DNA from: Thermoplasmata archaeon
GTDB lineage: Archaea > Thermoplasmatota > Thermoplasmata > UBA10834
NCBI GenBank assembly: GCA_041559015.1
Contig: JBFFED010000001.1
Location: 2,361 to 66,360 of the forward strand
Direction: 5' to 3'
DNA: 64,000 nt
Part shown: positions 47,013-57,598 of the stretch, piece by piece
Numbering within the stretch: position 1 is the stretch's first letter
How the letters are laid out: each line of letters begins with the position of its first letter
Position numbers and translations under genes: made by a program
The notes under the pieces: model-generated
Seen by the model: the letters and a program-made list of their open reading frames with translations, nothing else
What the model was told of the DNA's origin: nothing
Database searches by the model: none

Positions 47013-48152
47013 GTGGACAGGAAGTCTGGCGCATGCAGAGGCGGCTGCAGAGGCGACATCCCCAGAAACGGCCTGAGCGCCCACTGTAGGCCGGAAATCG
47101 ACAGGCACGAAGCGGACAGGAGAGGCATACGCAATAATCGGAAGAGGAAGACGGCTTTCGCATTCTTGTCGGTCCTGATAATTGCGACCTCTGGGATAGC
47201 TTTCGCGGCATCATACGGCAGCCTGGAGAAGAACGCGTCGCGCATCTCAGCGATCACGGTCATCCCTGGATTCCCTCTTGCGCATCAGCACTCGGATAAC
47301 ACCATCGGCCTGCCCTGCAACATGTGCAACATGTGGATGCCCTGGCATTTCGCTGTCCCAGTCCTATGGGATGACGTGAAGTATGGTGGCGCCCCACCAG
47401 GTACTCCGCCTGGCGATAACCTGTATGGAGCGGTGGGGTCGTTTGACGACTGCCCTCACTGTAGCGTGTACAGCGGCCCCGCTAGCGTACAGATGTTCAT
47501 CATGTATCGGGGAGGGATAGCCCCACCCCAAGACATGATCTATGATATCTGCGAACTCGATCTCTTGGCCGGAGAGACACCCGGCAATGCCATGATCGAG
47601 AGGCACGGTGTCGGCGTGACCGACGGGACCGGAGGGACTCAACTGGAGATCCAATTCGCCTTCCAAATGCTCGTTTCGCCATACTACCAGCACAACCAGT
47701 GGGATGCGAGCGCTCTGACTGCTTCGCAGTTACTCAGCTACATGGCTGGCCTCTACCCAGTACTCTGGGACGACCACGGTGGTTGGCCCGCGAACATGGA
47801 CCCGACTTTCCCGACGGCTGATCCTAAGAACCAGGGACACTACAAGGTCATAGCTGGATATGACGACGCCAACACTGCGGGAGTATTCTCAGATGACTGG
47901 GCGCTGATATACGATCCGTGGCCAGAATACACGGACCACTCTGTGTTGCCTGCGGGCGCAGTACCTGGGCCCAGCGGGAGCTTCGACCCGTACTGGATTC
48001 CGGTCCCCATGGTCCTAGGCGATCCCAACGATCTGTTCCTGGTAGAGCTCGCCGCGATACCTGAGTTCTCCTGCCTGCTCATACCTGTGGCGGGATTGTC
48101 CCTGGTGGCTGTGGTGGCGGTCAGGACCCGGACTCGCAGGAACGGCACCTAA
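47013..48152 (+). CDS. Secreted/surface protein with C-terminal PEF-CTERM archaeosortase sorting signal
   Basis: N-terminal basic-region-then-hydrophobic signal (…RNNRKRKTAFAFLSVLIIATSGIAFAAS…). C-terminus …AAIPEFSCLLIPVAGLSLVAVVAVRTRTRRNGT has the PEF motif, a TM helix and an Arg-rich tail. Start is uncertain (GTG at 47013 per the track). Confidence 0.6.
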   Translation: MDRKSGACRGGCRGDIPRNGLSAHCRPEIDRHEADRRGIRNNRKRKTAFAFLSVLIIATSGIAFAASYGSLEKNASRISAITVIPGFPLAHQHSDNTIGLPCNMCNMWMPWHFAVPVLWDDVKYGGAPPGTPPGDNLYGAVGSFDDCPHCSVYSGPASVQMFIMYRGGIAPPQDMIYDICELDLLAGETPGNAMIERHGVGVTDGTGGTQLEIQFAFQMLVSPYYQHNQWDASALTASQLLSYMAGLYPVLWDDHGGWPANMDPTFPTADPKNQGHYKVIAGYDDANTAGVFSDDWALIYDPWPEYTDHSVLPAGAVPGPSGSFDPYWIPVPMVLGDPNDLFLVELAAIPEFSCLLIPVAGLSLVAVVAVRTRTRRNGT

Positions 48153-48423
48153 TACCCATTTTGACGAATGTTCGGAGAAGGGCTGATATACTGATTCGGC
48201 CAACCTCCTAATGGGGGACATGCTCAGCTCACACGGGACATGGCAGGAGTCCGTGCTCTAGGAATGGACATCGCAGAATGGGCTGTTCACCCTTAAGTGC
48301 GGAGATATGCTGAAATACAGTCGTCGGCAATATGGAAGATAGCTGGGCAGACCTAAGGAGACCGGGACCATAGGATACTTCCCTAAGCAGAGAGGAATCG
48401 CAACAATTCTCATAACGACGTCA

Positions 48424-49992
48424 GTGTTAACTCTGGTCTTCCTTGGTTTGGCTCCGTTCGCAACGGACGCTCCGGTCTTTGATGAACATGAACTGAGCAC
48501 GACCATCCGTTTCATTGCGCAGTCGCTTCTGATGTTCGTCTCCTTCGGGGTCTTCTTCATAATCTGGCTGCCGCCGGGCAGACCTCGAGACTATCAGTCC
48601 GCATTCATTGCGGTTACTTTCCTTGCCACAGGCGCACTGACCTTCGCGCACATCCTGACATGTAGGGAGCTGCTGAGCGCCCTTGGGAGCACAGAGGACG
48701 CTCTGGGATCCTACTTCCACATGATGAGCTCAGTGGTGATGGCGATAGGGCTGGCAACGGCTGCGTTCATCCCGAGCAAGCGCAAGGTGTCAGAAAGGGA
48801 GATGCGGCTGCTGATACTGGCCTTCGTCGCAATCACGGCTGCTCTGATGGCAACCCCGCTCATACTGGGGCATTCCCTACCGTCACTCTGCCCGCATGAT
48901 ACCCCTGACTGCCCAATCAGGATATCCATGGAGATTGCTGCAATCTTTGCGCTTGTCTTGGGGTCCATCAAGTACTTCATGCTGACCCTGAGGTCCAACG
49001 ATATGCTGTATGCCTGTCTTGGATCGGCGACGGTCGCCGGGTTCTATACCCACATGGTCTTCTCAATGCACAACAACCCGTATGACATGTGCAGCCTGCT
49101 CTCGCTAGTCTTCGCCATGATCTGCTACAGTTACGTGTTCGTGGCCCTGTTCAGGGGAGAAATCATACAGCCCTACCGAAAGCTGAGTGCTTCGCAGATA
49201 CAGGCGGAGAGGCGGCGGAAGGAGGCGGAGGCTGCGACAGTGAAGGCGCAGACATATCTGGACTTCCTGAGTCACGACGTCGCGAACATGATATCCCCGA
49301 TCATGAACCGGGCCGAGATGATACTGCGGTCCCCGAACGTCACTGAGAAGGAGAGGGAAGAGGCGCACAAGATAGTTGAGCAGACGCAGAAGGTGTCATC
49401 GCTCATAGTGAACCTGAGGAGGCTCTCGAGCGCAGAGAAGATTGATGCGAGGATGCTGGGACCAGTGGATCTTCGCGTCCTACTGACTGACCTTGAGAAG
49501 ACGAGGAGAGAGAGTCACCGCAACTTGGATCTGAGCTTTGATTTCAGCTTCCCCGAGGATCCCGAGATCAAGGTCAGGGGCGGGAGTGTCACAGAGGATA
49601 TTATCGCCGAGATAATCGATAACGCCATCAAGCACACAAAGAAGGACTTTGTGGAGGTCGAGGTGGAGGTGTACGCCAGCAAGGGCGATTCTCAGGAGGA
49701 TAACTGGACCATAGAGGTCCGGGACCACGGGCCGGGAATACCTGACCAGACGAAGAAGGCCCTAGATGTCGCATCTCCTGACCCGAAGCGGAGATTCACG
49801 AGGGGGATCGCCTCGAGCCTGTCGGTCATACCACTGATTGCGGAGCAACTCGGAGGCAGGATAAGGATAGAGGACAGGGTTCCCGGTGATTACACGCAGG
49901 GGACGAAGGTGATAATCACGCTTCCCCGGGCACCCCGTGAGCGACCGAATACTTCTGGAACGATTGCACGGAGTGGAGAGTCGGGGCAATAG
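48424..49992 (+). CDS. Sensor histidine kinase (multi-TM N-terminal sensor, HisKA and HATPase_c)
   Basis: About 7 N-terminal TM helices. H-box …LDFLSHDVANMISPI…. N/G-box region …IIDNAIKHT…VRDHGPGIP…. No adjacent response regulator. Confidence 0.8.
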   Translation: MLTLVFLGLAPFATDAPVFDEHELSTTIRFIAQSLLMFVSFGVFFIIWLPPGRPRDYQSAFIAVTFLATGALTFAHILTCRELLSALGSTEDALGSYFHMMSSVVMAIGLATAAFIPSKRKVSEREMRLLILAFVAITAALMATPLILGHSLPSLCPHDTPDCPIRISMEIAAIFALVLGSIKYFMLTLRSNDMLYACLGSATVAGFYTHMVFSMHNNPYDMCSLLSLVFAMICYSYVFVALFRGEIIQPYRKLSASQIQAERRRKEAEAATVKAQTYLDFLSHDVANMISPIMNRAEMILRSPNVTEKEREEAHKIVEQTQKVSSLIVNLRRLSSAEKIDARMLGPVDLRVLLTDLEKTRRESHRNLDLSFDFSFPEDPEIKVRGGSVTEDIIAEIIDNAIKHTKKDFVEVEVEVYASKGDSQEDNWTIEVRDHGPGIPDQTKKALDVASPDPKRRFTRGIASSLSVIPLIAEQLGGRIRIEDRVPGDYTQGTKVIITLPRAPRERPNTSGTIARSGESGQ

Positions 49993-50392
49993 ACCTTGGC
50001 ATACCGGACTTAGGACAAGGGGATGGCACCCGGCGAGTAAGATTGATATCACGCTCCGACATCACCATACCCTTCGCCGAGCTGCACAATGGTTCGAATG
50101 CAGGAAAACCGCTAGTTGAACTGCGATTGATTCTGCGAGCTATGCGTGAGCGAGCGCTCGGCGGGAACCGCACCATCGACGAGCCAGCAGGTTAGGACCG
50201 GAGTTCAATCAGACGGGGAATGCGCCCTCAAAAGAGCCTCTTCATGTTCTCTCACAACGCCCGGAGCACCTATGCCTGAGCCTAGCTCGAGTGCTCTTCC
50301 AACTATCGCAGTGATACCAGCAATGATTACAGTGGTTGGCGCGCGCCGCCCTGTCAGCAAGAATCATAAGGGATGAGGCTTGATTCACGACC

Positions 50393-51211
50393 GTGACAAG
50401 ACAGGTCGGACGCTTGCCGGAGGGTTTGGCGTTATCCGAAGCACCCAAGATAGCAGAGAAGCTCGGGTTAATCTCCGGGGGCAGAGTGCTGGATGTCGCA
50501 ACGGGTAAGGGAGGGTTCGTCGACACGCTGATGAACACCCTGAAGGATTACGAATCCTTCATCGGGATAGACAATTGCACCTACTACGACTCCGCAAAAG
50601 AGATGAGGGAGGGAAGAACTCATTTCGAAGGACGGCCCGTCGAATTCCTCGAGATGAACGGAGAGGACATGGGGTTCGGGGACTGTACCTTCGACACAGT
50701 CTGCATATCGTACGCCCTGCACCATCTCGACGACGTTGACGCGGTGCTGACTGAGATGAAGCGCGTGCTCAGGTCAGGCGGCCGTTTCATCATCCAAGAG
50801 CTCTACTGCGACGGCGACAGGACGGAGGCTCAGAGGGTGGACAATCTCGACCACGAGTGGTGCGCGAGAATCGACCGCCTGCTGGGAGTGACCCACAACA
50901 AGGCCTTCGCGAAACAGAGGTTAGTGGACTTCGCGGGCGGCCTGGGCCTGAAGGATCTTGAGGTATTTGACTCCGACCGCCCTGTGGATTGTCTTTTCTG
51001 CGAGAAGAACCAATTGTGTGAGGACCCCAGGAACCGGGCGAACTTCCACGATTTGACAAAGAGGGTCGACGAGACATATGACAGGATAAAGGACTATCCC
51101 GACCCAGAAGTAAGGAACCGGATCAAGGAGGAAGGCGAGATGATCAAGAAGGCGATAGCTAAATCTGGCTCCACACCAGCGCCATATCTCTTCATTATCG
51201 GCACAGGGTGA
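50393..51211 (+). CDS. Class I SAM-dependent methyltransferase
   Basis: Motif I VLDVATGKGGF. …VLRSGGRFII… post-II region. GTG start. Confidence 0.75.
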   Translation: MTRQVGRLPEGLALSEAPKIAEKLGLISGGRVLDVATGKGGFVDTLMNTLKDYESFIGIDNCTYYDSAKEMREGRTHFEGRPVEFLEMNGEDMGFGDCTFDTVCISYALHHLDDVDAVLTEMKRVLRSGGRFIIQELYCDGDRTEAQRVDNLDHEWCARIDRLLGVTHNKAFAKQRLVDFAGGLGLKDLEVFDSDRPVDCLFCEKNQLCEDPRNRANFHDLTKRVDETYDRIKDYPDPEVRNRIKEEGEMIKKAIAKSGSTPAPYLFIIGTG

Positions 51212-51497
51212 AGAAGCCCAAGGTTAGAGAAGAACTAGGAGCGGGCGCGGTGGGAACCGCACCCCGGCCGAGCCAGTATGTCAGAATTCGAGTTCAATCA
51301 GCGGAGCAATGCGCTCGGACTCAAACCCCTTTACTTCTCTTCCTCCCCTATGGCCTCTCCTCCGCACGACCACCTTGGCGCCTTTTGCGCCCTTGCCACA
51401 ATGACGTAGTAACCAAGAAATGTAGGTAGAGATTTCGAAAAAGGATTGAAAGAGGGAGATACTCAGCCTCCCTCGGAAAAGTCTTCTTAGTTCTGCC

Positions 51498-52655
51498 TCA
51501 TGCGTGGAGCGCTGTGAGGAAGTCTCCCCAGCCTGTGTCGGCTGCGAACTGTGTGCCCAGGTAGTCCGTCCCGTACCAATCCCAGTCGTTGCTGCCAGCC
51601 CAATAGAGGGTAATGCCTCCGCAATCACCCATCTTGGGACCTCCCCAGAAGTCAGCAACATATGCCTGGACGTCGGCCCTGACCTGGGTGGTGAGCGACC
51701 TCAGGGTGGTGTCGGTGATGCCGCTCTGGTCCAGCAGGTGGTATGCTAGGTCGTACATGTCGACGTAGTACGGAATCGCTGTCATCGCATGGCTATCACC
51801 GACAGCATCCTCGTAGTCATTCTGATACGATGGCAGCATGTCCAGCATCCTTGCCGACCAGTTCTCGAAGTTGCCAATGCGGGCTTCGAATTCAGCAATA
51901 TCAATCGATGCGAGAGTCATTCTCCCGCCGTTCGTGGGACCGTAGTGCGACCCCCATTCAGAGACCATAACCGCCCCCAATTCCTGCGGCGTCATGGCTG
52001 GATCGTTGACTAGCTCTGTGAGGATATCGTCGAGCGGGAGGCCGTCTCCTGGCCCGTACTCTTCAGACGCAACCATGTACTGAACCATGTCCGTCAGCGA
52101 CAGGGCATAAGCGACCTCCAACATTGCCATGTTGCAGGCATCGAATGCGAGCACATCGACTGTCTCACCGGCCTCTGTGAAGGCACTCTCCAGGTCTGTC
52201 ATGTTGATTGAACTGGCGGAGGTCTCGTCTGTGCAGATGTACTGCCATCCGAAGCCGTGATCCCACAGACTGAGTCCGAAGTACGTGGACGGCCAAAGCG
52301 TCGTCGCACGGTCGACCCACCAAGACAGTGTGGCTGGATCGCCAGTGTCCATCTCGTCATGCGTTTCGATGGTGGTGACTGTCTCCCCAGAAACCTCCAC
52401 GATCTCGATGCCCGATGTGGACTTCATGTCCAGCACAGCAACGAGGTTCACGTCGCTGCTCTCAGGAACCGCCTGCAAGAACGGAAGGGTGGTCTTCTCC
52501 CAATACGGTTCGAGGCTATTGTCCGCGGCTACATAGATGGCGAAGGTCCATGATGCCGTCTCAGCACGGGCTCCCGGTGTGATGAGCATCGCCCCAGGCA
52601 CAATCAGGGCGGCGGCCAACAACACACACGCCGTTCGATTTCTCCTTTCTCCCAT
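51498..52655 (-). CDS. Secreted clostripain-like cysteine peptidase (C11 family), second paralog
   Basis: Signal peptide MGERRNRTACVLLAAALIVPGAMLITPGARA. …IYVAADNSLE…LSLWDHGFGW…DVLAFDACNMA… parallels the paralog at 22037..23326. Confidence 0.8.
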   Translation of the reverse strand: MGERRNRTACVLLAAALIVPGAMLITPGARAETASWTFAIYVAADNSLEPYWEKTTLPFLQAVPESSDVNLVAVLDMKSTSGIEIVEVSGETVTTIETHDEMDTGDPATLSWWVDRATTLWPSTYFGLSLWDHGFGWQYICTDETSASSINMTDLESAFTEAGETVDVLAFDACNMAMLEVAYALSLTDMVQYMVASEEYGPGDGLPLDDILTELVNDPAMTPQELGAVMVSEWGSHYGPTNGGRMTLASIDIAEFEARIGNFENWSARMLDMLPSYQNDYEDAVGDSHAMTAIPYYVDMYDLAYHLLDQSGITDTTLRSLTTQVRADVQAYVADFWGGPKMGDCGGITLYWAGSNDWDWYGTDYLGTQFAADTGWGDFLTALHA

Positions 52656-52954
52656 ATCGCATCAATCCCAGGAGGCTCACACGCATTAGGAACCTCCTCG
52701 ACGAAACGAATGTAAATATCGCTACTTGAAGCTATTTCCACACGTAACGCCGCAATCTTCGTCCGCGCCGTTCGCGTCGCACCGTTCTTATTGCATAACT
52801 CGCCACGGCTCCTGAGTCCGGCCACACCTCCATTGCCTTCAGTCGCCAGTCTCCTTGGCCGAAAGAACCTATCATTGCCTCTATCCAAGTCTCCGTCAGC
52901 CCCTATGGCCTTTTCTCCACGCTGACGACAATCGGATTGGAGGATGCTGCAAAA

Positions 52955-53028
52955 TGGGCCCGGTGGGATTCGAACCCACGTCGTCGGCTCCGAAGGCCAA
53001 AAGGATATCCGGACTACCCCACGGGCCC
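52955..53028 (-). tRNA. tRNA-Arg (anticodon TCG), no encoded CCA
   Basis: Minus-strand sequence GGGCCCG-TG-GGGT-AGTCCGGAT-ATCC-TT-TTGGC-CTTCGGA-GCCGA-CGAC-GTGGG-TTCGAAT-CCCAC-CGGGCCC-A. 7-bp acceptor, U8, GG in the D-loop, U33, anticodon UCG. T-loop TTCGAAT. Followed by a T-tract. Confidence 0.75.
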
Positions 53029-53258
53029 GCGGTAGTGATTGGCTGAGCGTATAATATGCTTTCCAGAGCCAGCGACGGCCGCCGGTGCCTATGGGTCAGC
53101 AGCCGGAAGAGCACATAGACCGCAAGGAAGACAATGAGTGCCAGGGCGAAGTACCAGAGGCTGAACCCCACGATTGCGCTCGACAACATCCTGCAGAAGG
53201 ATGCTCCCTTGACGACAATATGACAGTGCCATTGTCGTACACACCAGGGTGACTACAA

Positions 53259-53753
53259 TCATCGGCCAATCATGGTCTTGATGTACGGTATGAGTCCTCC
53301 GGCCTGCAGGATGGCCGCTGCCCTCTCGGGGATCGCGTCCACCCGAGCGACCTTCGAGCCGTCCTTCGACCTCAAGACACCTGCCTCTGGATCGACGGTG
53401 ACCACCTCACCGTCGCAGAAGGTCTCATGGGCGGATTCAGACGAGACGACCAACAGTCCGAGGTTGATTGCGTTCCTGTAGAATATCCTGGAGAAGGACT
53501 TAGCGACAACAGCTGACACCCCTGACTCCTTCATGGCGATGACAGCCTGCTCCCTGCTGGAGCCACACCCGAAGTTCCCGCCTGCGATGACGACATCCCC
53601 GGGCTTGACACCAGGCGCAAACTCCTTGTTCGCGCCCTCCAGCGCATGGGAAGCCAGATGTCTTGGGTCGTACCTGTCCAAATATCTGCCCGGGATTATC
53701 ATGTCGGTGTTCACGTCGTCCCCGAACTTCCACACACGTCCCTCAGAGGTCAA
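53259..53753 (-). CDS. leuD: Aconitase-superfamily dehydratase small subunit (LeuD/HACN-family)
   Basis: …KFGDDVNTDMIIPGRYL…, …AGGNFGCGSSREQA… typical LeuD motifs. 164 aa. Confidence 0.85.
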   Translation of the reverse strand: MTSEGRVWKFGDDVNTDMIIPGRYLDRYDPRHLASHALEGANKEFAPGVKPGDVVIAGGNFGCGSSREQAVIAMKESGVSAVVAKSFSRIFYRNAINLGLLVVSSESAHETFCDGEVVTVDPEAGVLRSKDGSKVARVDAIPERAAAILQAGGLIPYIKTMIGR

Positions 53754-55014
53754 CCATGAGCCACCTCCTCGGATCCGCTATCTTCCCCTCGACGGCGCTC
53801 GCAGCGACTGTCGCGGGACTCCCAAGGTATATCTCAGCCTCGTCAGAGCCCATCCTTCCCCTGAAGTTCCTGTTGCCGGAGGATATGCAAACCTCTCCGG
53901 GTCCCAAGACCCCCTCGTGCGCGCCCAAACACGGGCCACACCCGGGTGGGAGAATGGTCCCTCCCGCCTTCACGATCGTCTGGATCACCCCCATGTCGAG
54001 GGCGTCGGCGAGGACAGCCCTCGAAGCGGGCACAACGACCAACCTAACGCCGGGAGCGACTCTGTTTCCCTTTAGGACCCACGAAGCGGCGATGAGGTCC
54101 TCCAGCCGGCCGTTCGTGCACGTCCCGATGAACGCCTGGTCTATCCTGACATCGCCGAACTCATCGATGCTCCTGACTGATTCGACCCTATGCGGTCCGG
54201 AGACAAGAGGAGGTATCTTCTCCATCTCCAGGTCCATGATCGATTCGAACGACGCGTCAGCATCAGACCTGCACGCATCGCCGAGAACCCCTTTACACTC
54301 AGGAGACCACGCCCCGAATGTTGAGTCCGCAGGGGCGATTGCTGTCTTCGCCCCCATCTCGACGGCCATGTTGCACAGGACCATCCTCCCAGAGATGGAG
54401 ATGTCGAATAGGAACATCCCACCGAACTCGATGCATCTGTAGTCCGCCCCCGAAGGTCCCAGCTTCGACGCGAGGTGCAATGCGATATCCTTCGGGAATA
54501 CAGCCTTGCTCAGGTGGCCCGACATGTTCACGCGGATCGTCTTCGGAACCTTCAGCCAGATGCGTCCAGTGGCCCACACACCGGCAATCTCGGTCGCTCC
54601 GAGCCCTGTCCCGAACGCGCCCACCGCTCCGGCGGTGCTGGTGTGGGAATCCGCTCCCACAACGAGCTGACCTGGCCTGACCATCTTATTCTCGACCAGG
54701 AGCTGGTGACATATACCCTCGCCGACGTCGAAGAACTTGCTGATGCCCATCCGCTTGACCGAATCGCGTATCTTCGCGTGGACCCCTGCGGTCTCTGCTG
54801 TGTTGGCGGGAGAGCGGTGGTCCAGGATGACGGCCACCTTGTCCGGATCCCATGGCTTGTCGAGCCCGAATTCGGAGAAGGCCTTGTCGACGAGGAACGT
54901 GTTCTCATGCGACATCACTAGGTCTGGTGAGGCCTCGACCACCTCGCCTGCCCTTATGCTATCCAAGCTCGACGCGCGCGCGAGTATCTTCTCGGCGACT
55001 GTCCTGCCAGACAC
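53743..55014 (-). CDS. leuC: Aconitase-superfamily dehydratase large subunit (LeuC/HACN-family)
   Basis: MSGRTVAEKIL… N-terminus. …VGADSHTSTAGA…, …GTCTNGR…, …PGCGPCLG… Fe-S ligand motifs. 11-nt overlap with leuD. Confidence 0.85.
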   Translation of the reverse strand: MSGRTVAEKILARASSLDSIRAGEVVEASPDLVMSHENTFLVDKAFSEFGLDKPWDPDKVAVILDHRSPANTAETAGVHAKIRDSVKRMGISKFFDVGEGICHQLLVENKMVRPGQLVVGADSHTSTAGAVGAFGTGLGATEIAGVWATGRIWLKVPKTIRVNMSGHLSKAVFPKDIALHLASKLGPSGADYRCIEFGGMFLFDISISGRMVLCNMAVEMGAKTAIAPADSTFGAWSPECKGVLGDACRSDADASFESIMDLEMEKIPPLVSGPHRVESVRSIDEFGDVRIDQAFIGTCTNGRLEDLIAASWVLKGNRVAPGVRLVVVPASRAVLADALDMGVIQTIVKAGGTILPPGCGPCLGAHEGVLGPGEVCISSGNRNFRGRMGSDEAEIYLGSPATVAASAVEGKIADPRRWLMVDL

Positions 55015-55121
55015 GACAACGCTAACCTCGTACTTGTTATTTCAAGGTAGCGCGCTCGAGAGGACACTTTTGCGATAGCTCGAAAAGGTATTTCCACCTT
55101 GGGCCCAATCACTCGACCGCA

Positions 55122-56969
55122 ATGGACAGGATCCTAGATACACGAGCCGGCTCCAGGGTCCTCCTCCTTGGCAACGAGGCCATCGCAAGGGGGGCGCTGG
55201 AGGCGGGCATCGCAGTGGCGACCACATATCCGGGCACACCCGCGTCGGAGATAGGAGATGCGCTAGCGCGGGTGGCCAAGGACGCAGGCATATACTTCGA
55301 GTATTCGACCAACGAGATGGTCGCGGCGGAGATTGCCATGGGCGCGGCCGCCTCTGGTGTCAGGGCCATGGTGAGCATGAAGCATGTCGGGCTCAACGTC
55401 GCGGCCGACGCGCTGATGACCTTCGCTTACACAGGCACGAGAGGTGGTTTCGTGCTGGTCACCGCGGACGACCCTTCCTGCCACTCCAGCCAGAACGAGC
55501 AGGACAACAGATACTACGCTCTGCTCGGCGGCATTCCGCTGCTCGAACCCTCCAGCCCGCAGGAATGCTACGAGATGACGAAGGAGGCCTTCGAGATATC
55601 CGAGCGCCTGGAGCTGCCCGTAATCGTTCGCACTACCACGCGGATATCTCATGTGAGGGGACCGGTCACGGTCGGGAAGATAGCCCCGGGCGTGAAGAAG
55701 AAGGAGTTCGTGAAGGACCCCACGAGGTTCGTCACCGTGCCCGCAGTCGCCCGCATACGGCACAAGGTCCTGCTCGAGAGGCTCCGGGAAGCCGAGGCGC
55801 TCGCCGGCAAATCGCCCCTGAACAGGATCGAGAAGGTCAATGGAGGAGGAGACATCGGGATCATCACGTCATCGGCCGCCTTCAACTATGCAATGGACGC
55901 CGCAGCTGGAATGTCAATCTCAGCTGACGTGCTCAAACTAGGGTTCTCTCATCCTCTACCGGCTGACAAGGTGGCAGAGTTCGTCAGTGACCACGAAAGG
56001 ATCGTGGTCGTGGAGGAGCTCGAGCCCATCCTTGAGAACTCTGTGAGGGCGATAGCGCAACGCGCGTCTCTGAAAACTGTGATAGTTGGAAAGGCCGACG
56101 GTGCTTTCTCAAGGCTTCACGAATTCGACCAGGCGATAGTCGCCAGAGGGCTGCGCGCGGCTCTCTCCATGAGCCCGGAGACCGCCGAGGAGACGACCCC
56201 CCAGACCCAGGAGCTGCCCACGCGCCCGCCGGTCCTGTGTGCTGGCTGCCCTCACAGCGCCACTTACTTCGCGGTGAACAAGGCCACGAACAGGAAGGCG
56301 CTTTTCGCTTCCGACATCGGATGCTACACGCTCGGTCTGGCGCCCCCTTACAACGCCGCCGATTTCCTCGTCTGCATGGGCTCCAGCGTGGGATCCGCAG
56401 GAGGCCTAGCCAAGGTCAACGACCAGCCCGTGATCGCATTCATCGGAGATTCCACATTCTTCCACGCGGGGATACCGGGCCTTATTAATGCCGTGCACAA
56501 CGGCCACAGGTTCCTGCTGATGATACTCGACAACAGGACGACCGCCATGACGGGCCACCAGCCGCATCCAGGGAGCGAGAGGGGGCCGACCTGCTGCGAT
56601 ATCACGGCGGTCTCGATAGAGGAAGTGGTCAGGGGTTGCGGAGTCAAGTGGCTGAAGGTCGTAGACCCATACGAGCTCAAGACTACTGTTGACGCGGTCA
56701 AGGAGGCCTTGGGGCAAACGGGTGTCTCTGTCATCATCGCGAGGAGGGAGTGCGCTCTCATAGCGAAGCGGGACTCGAACGGCGCAATCATGAAGAAGCA
56801 CTTCATTGACCAGGAGGCGTGCAAGAAGTGCAGGACCTGTGTGGACAGGTTCCAGTGCCCAGCGATATCGAGCATAGACGAAGTACAGACGATAGATGAC
56901 GCACTCTGCGCAGGCTGCGGAGTGTGCGCTCAGGTCTGCCCGTACAAGGCTATCAAGGAGGTGAAGTGA
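55122..56969 (+). CDS. iorA: Indolepyruvate:ferredoxin oxidoreductase alpha subunit (TPP-dependent, two 4Fe-4S motifs)
   Basis: …LLGNEAIARGALEAGIAVATTYPGTPASEI… N-terminus. TPP motif …GDSTFFHAGIPGL…. C-terminal CKKCRTCV…CAGCGVCAQVCP ferredoxin domain. 615 aa. Confidence 0.9.
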   Translation: MDRILDTRAGSRVLLLGNEAIARGALEAGIAVATTYPGTPASEIGDALARVAKDAGIYFEYSTNEMVAAEIAMGAAASGVRAMVSMKHVGLNVAADALMTFAYTGTRGGFVLVTADDPSCHSSQNEQDNRYYALLGGIPLLEPSSPQECYEMTKEAFEISERLELPVIVRTTTRISHVRGPVTVGKIAPGVKKKEFVKDPTRFVTVPAVARIRHKVLLERLREAEALAGKSPLNRIEKVNGGGDIGIITSSAAFNYAMDAAAGMSISADVLKLGFSHPLPADKVAEFVSDHERIVVVEELEPILENSVRAIAQRASLKTVIVGKADGAFSRLHEFDQAIVARGLRAALSMSPETAEETTPQTQELPTRPPVLCAGCPHSATYFAVNKATNRKALFASDIGCYTLGLAPPYNAADFLVCMGSSVGSAGGLAKVNDQPVIAFIGDSTFFHAGIPGLINAVHNGHRFLLMILDNRTTAMTGHQPHPGSERGPTCCDITAVSIEEVVRGCGVKWLKVVDPYELKTTVDAVKEALGQTGVSVIIARRECALIAKRDSNGAIMKKHFIDQEACKKCRTCVDRFQCPAISSIDEVQTIDDALCAGCGVCAQVCPYKAIKEVK

Positions 56970-57556
56970 TGGCCGACATCTACCTCGTGGGCGTTGGGGG
57001 CCAGGGGATCATCACCGCCTCCAGGATAATCGGCGATGCCGCAATCCTCGCGGGCAAGAACGTCATCCTCAGTGAGACCCACGGCATGGCCCAGAGGGGC
57101 GGCTCGGTCGTGTGCACCGCGAGGATAGGTGACGTCCACAGCCCGCTCATACCGGACGGCGAGGCGGACATCATACTCTCGTTGGAGCTGCTGGAGACGC
57201 TCAGAGCGCTGCCGAAAGCCTCCAAGGACACCGTCGTCGTGAGTTCCGCAGAGAGGATGGTGCCGCTCAGCGTGTCGACCATGAAGCTCAAGTATCCTGA
57301 CCGGGAAGAGGTCTCGGAGCAGGTGAGGCGAGTCGCGAAGTCATTCGCGATAGTTGACGCGGCGGGCATTGCTGCGGGCTCGGGTGTGCCGATGTCCTCG
57401 AACATCGTCATGGTCGGCGCCTTGGCCGGGACGGGCATGACTGACCTCGCGAAGGACCACTTCGAGAAGGCGATCGAGATGAGCATCCCGAGGAAACTGC
57501 CCGAGAACAAGCATGCTTTTGGAGAGGGGTACGAAGCCGTGCGCCGAACGGTCTGA
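56969..57556 (+). CDS. iorB: Indolepyruvate:ferredoxin oxidoreductase beta subunit
   Basis: MADIYLVGVGGQGIITASRIIGDAA… (gamma-domain-like). TGATG overlap with the iorA stop. Confidence 0.85.
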   Translation: MADIYLVGVGGQGIITASRIIGDAAILAGKNVILSETHGMAQRGGSVVCTARIGDVHSPLIPDGEADIILSLELLETLRALPKASKDTVVVSSAERMVPLSVSTMKLKYPDREEVSEQVRRVAKSFAIVDAAGIAAGSGVPMSSNIVMVGALAGTGMTDLAKDHFEKAIEMSIPRKLPENKHAFGEGYEAVRRTV

Positions 57557-57598
57557 GCACCGACCAAGTCGTTTCGAGGGGACGGTCTGGACGGTTCG

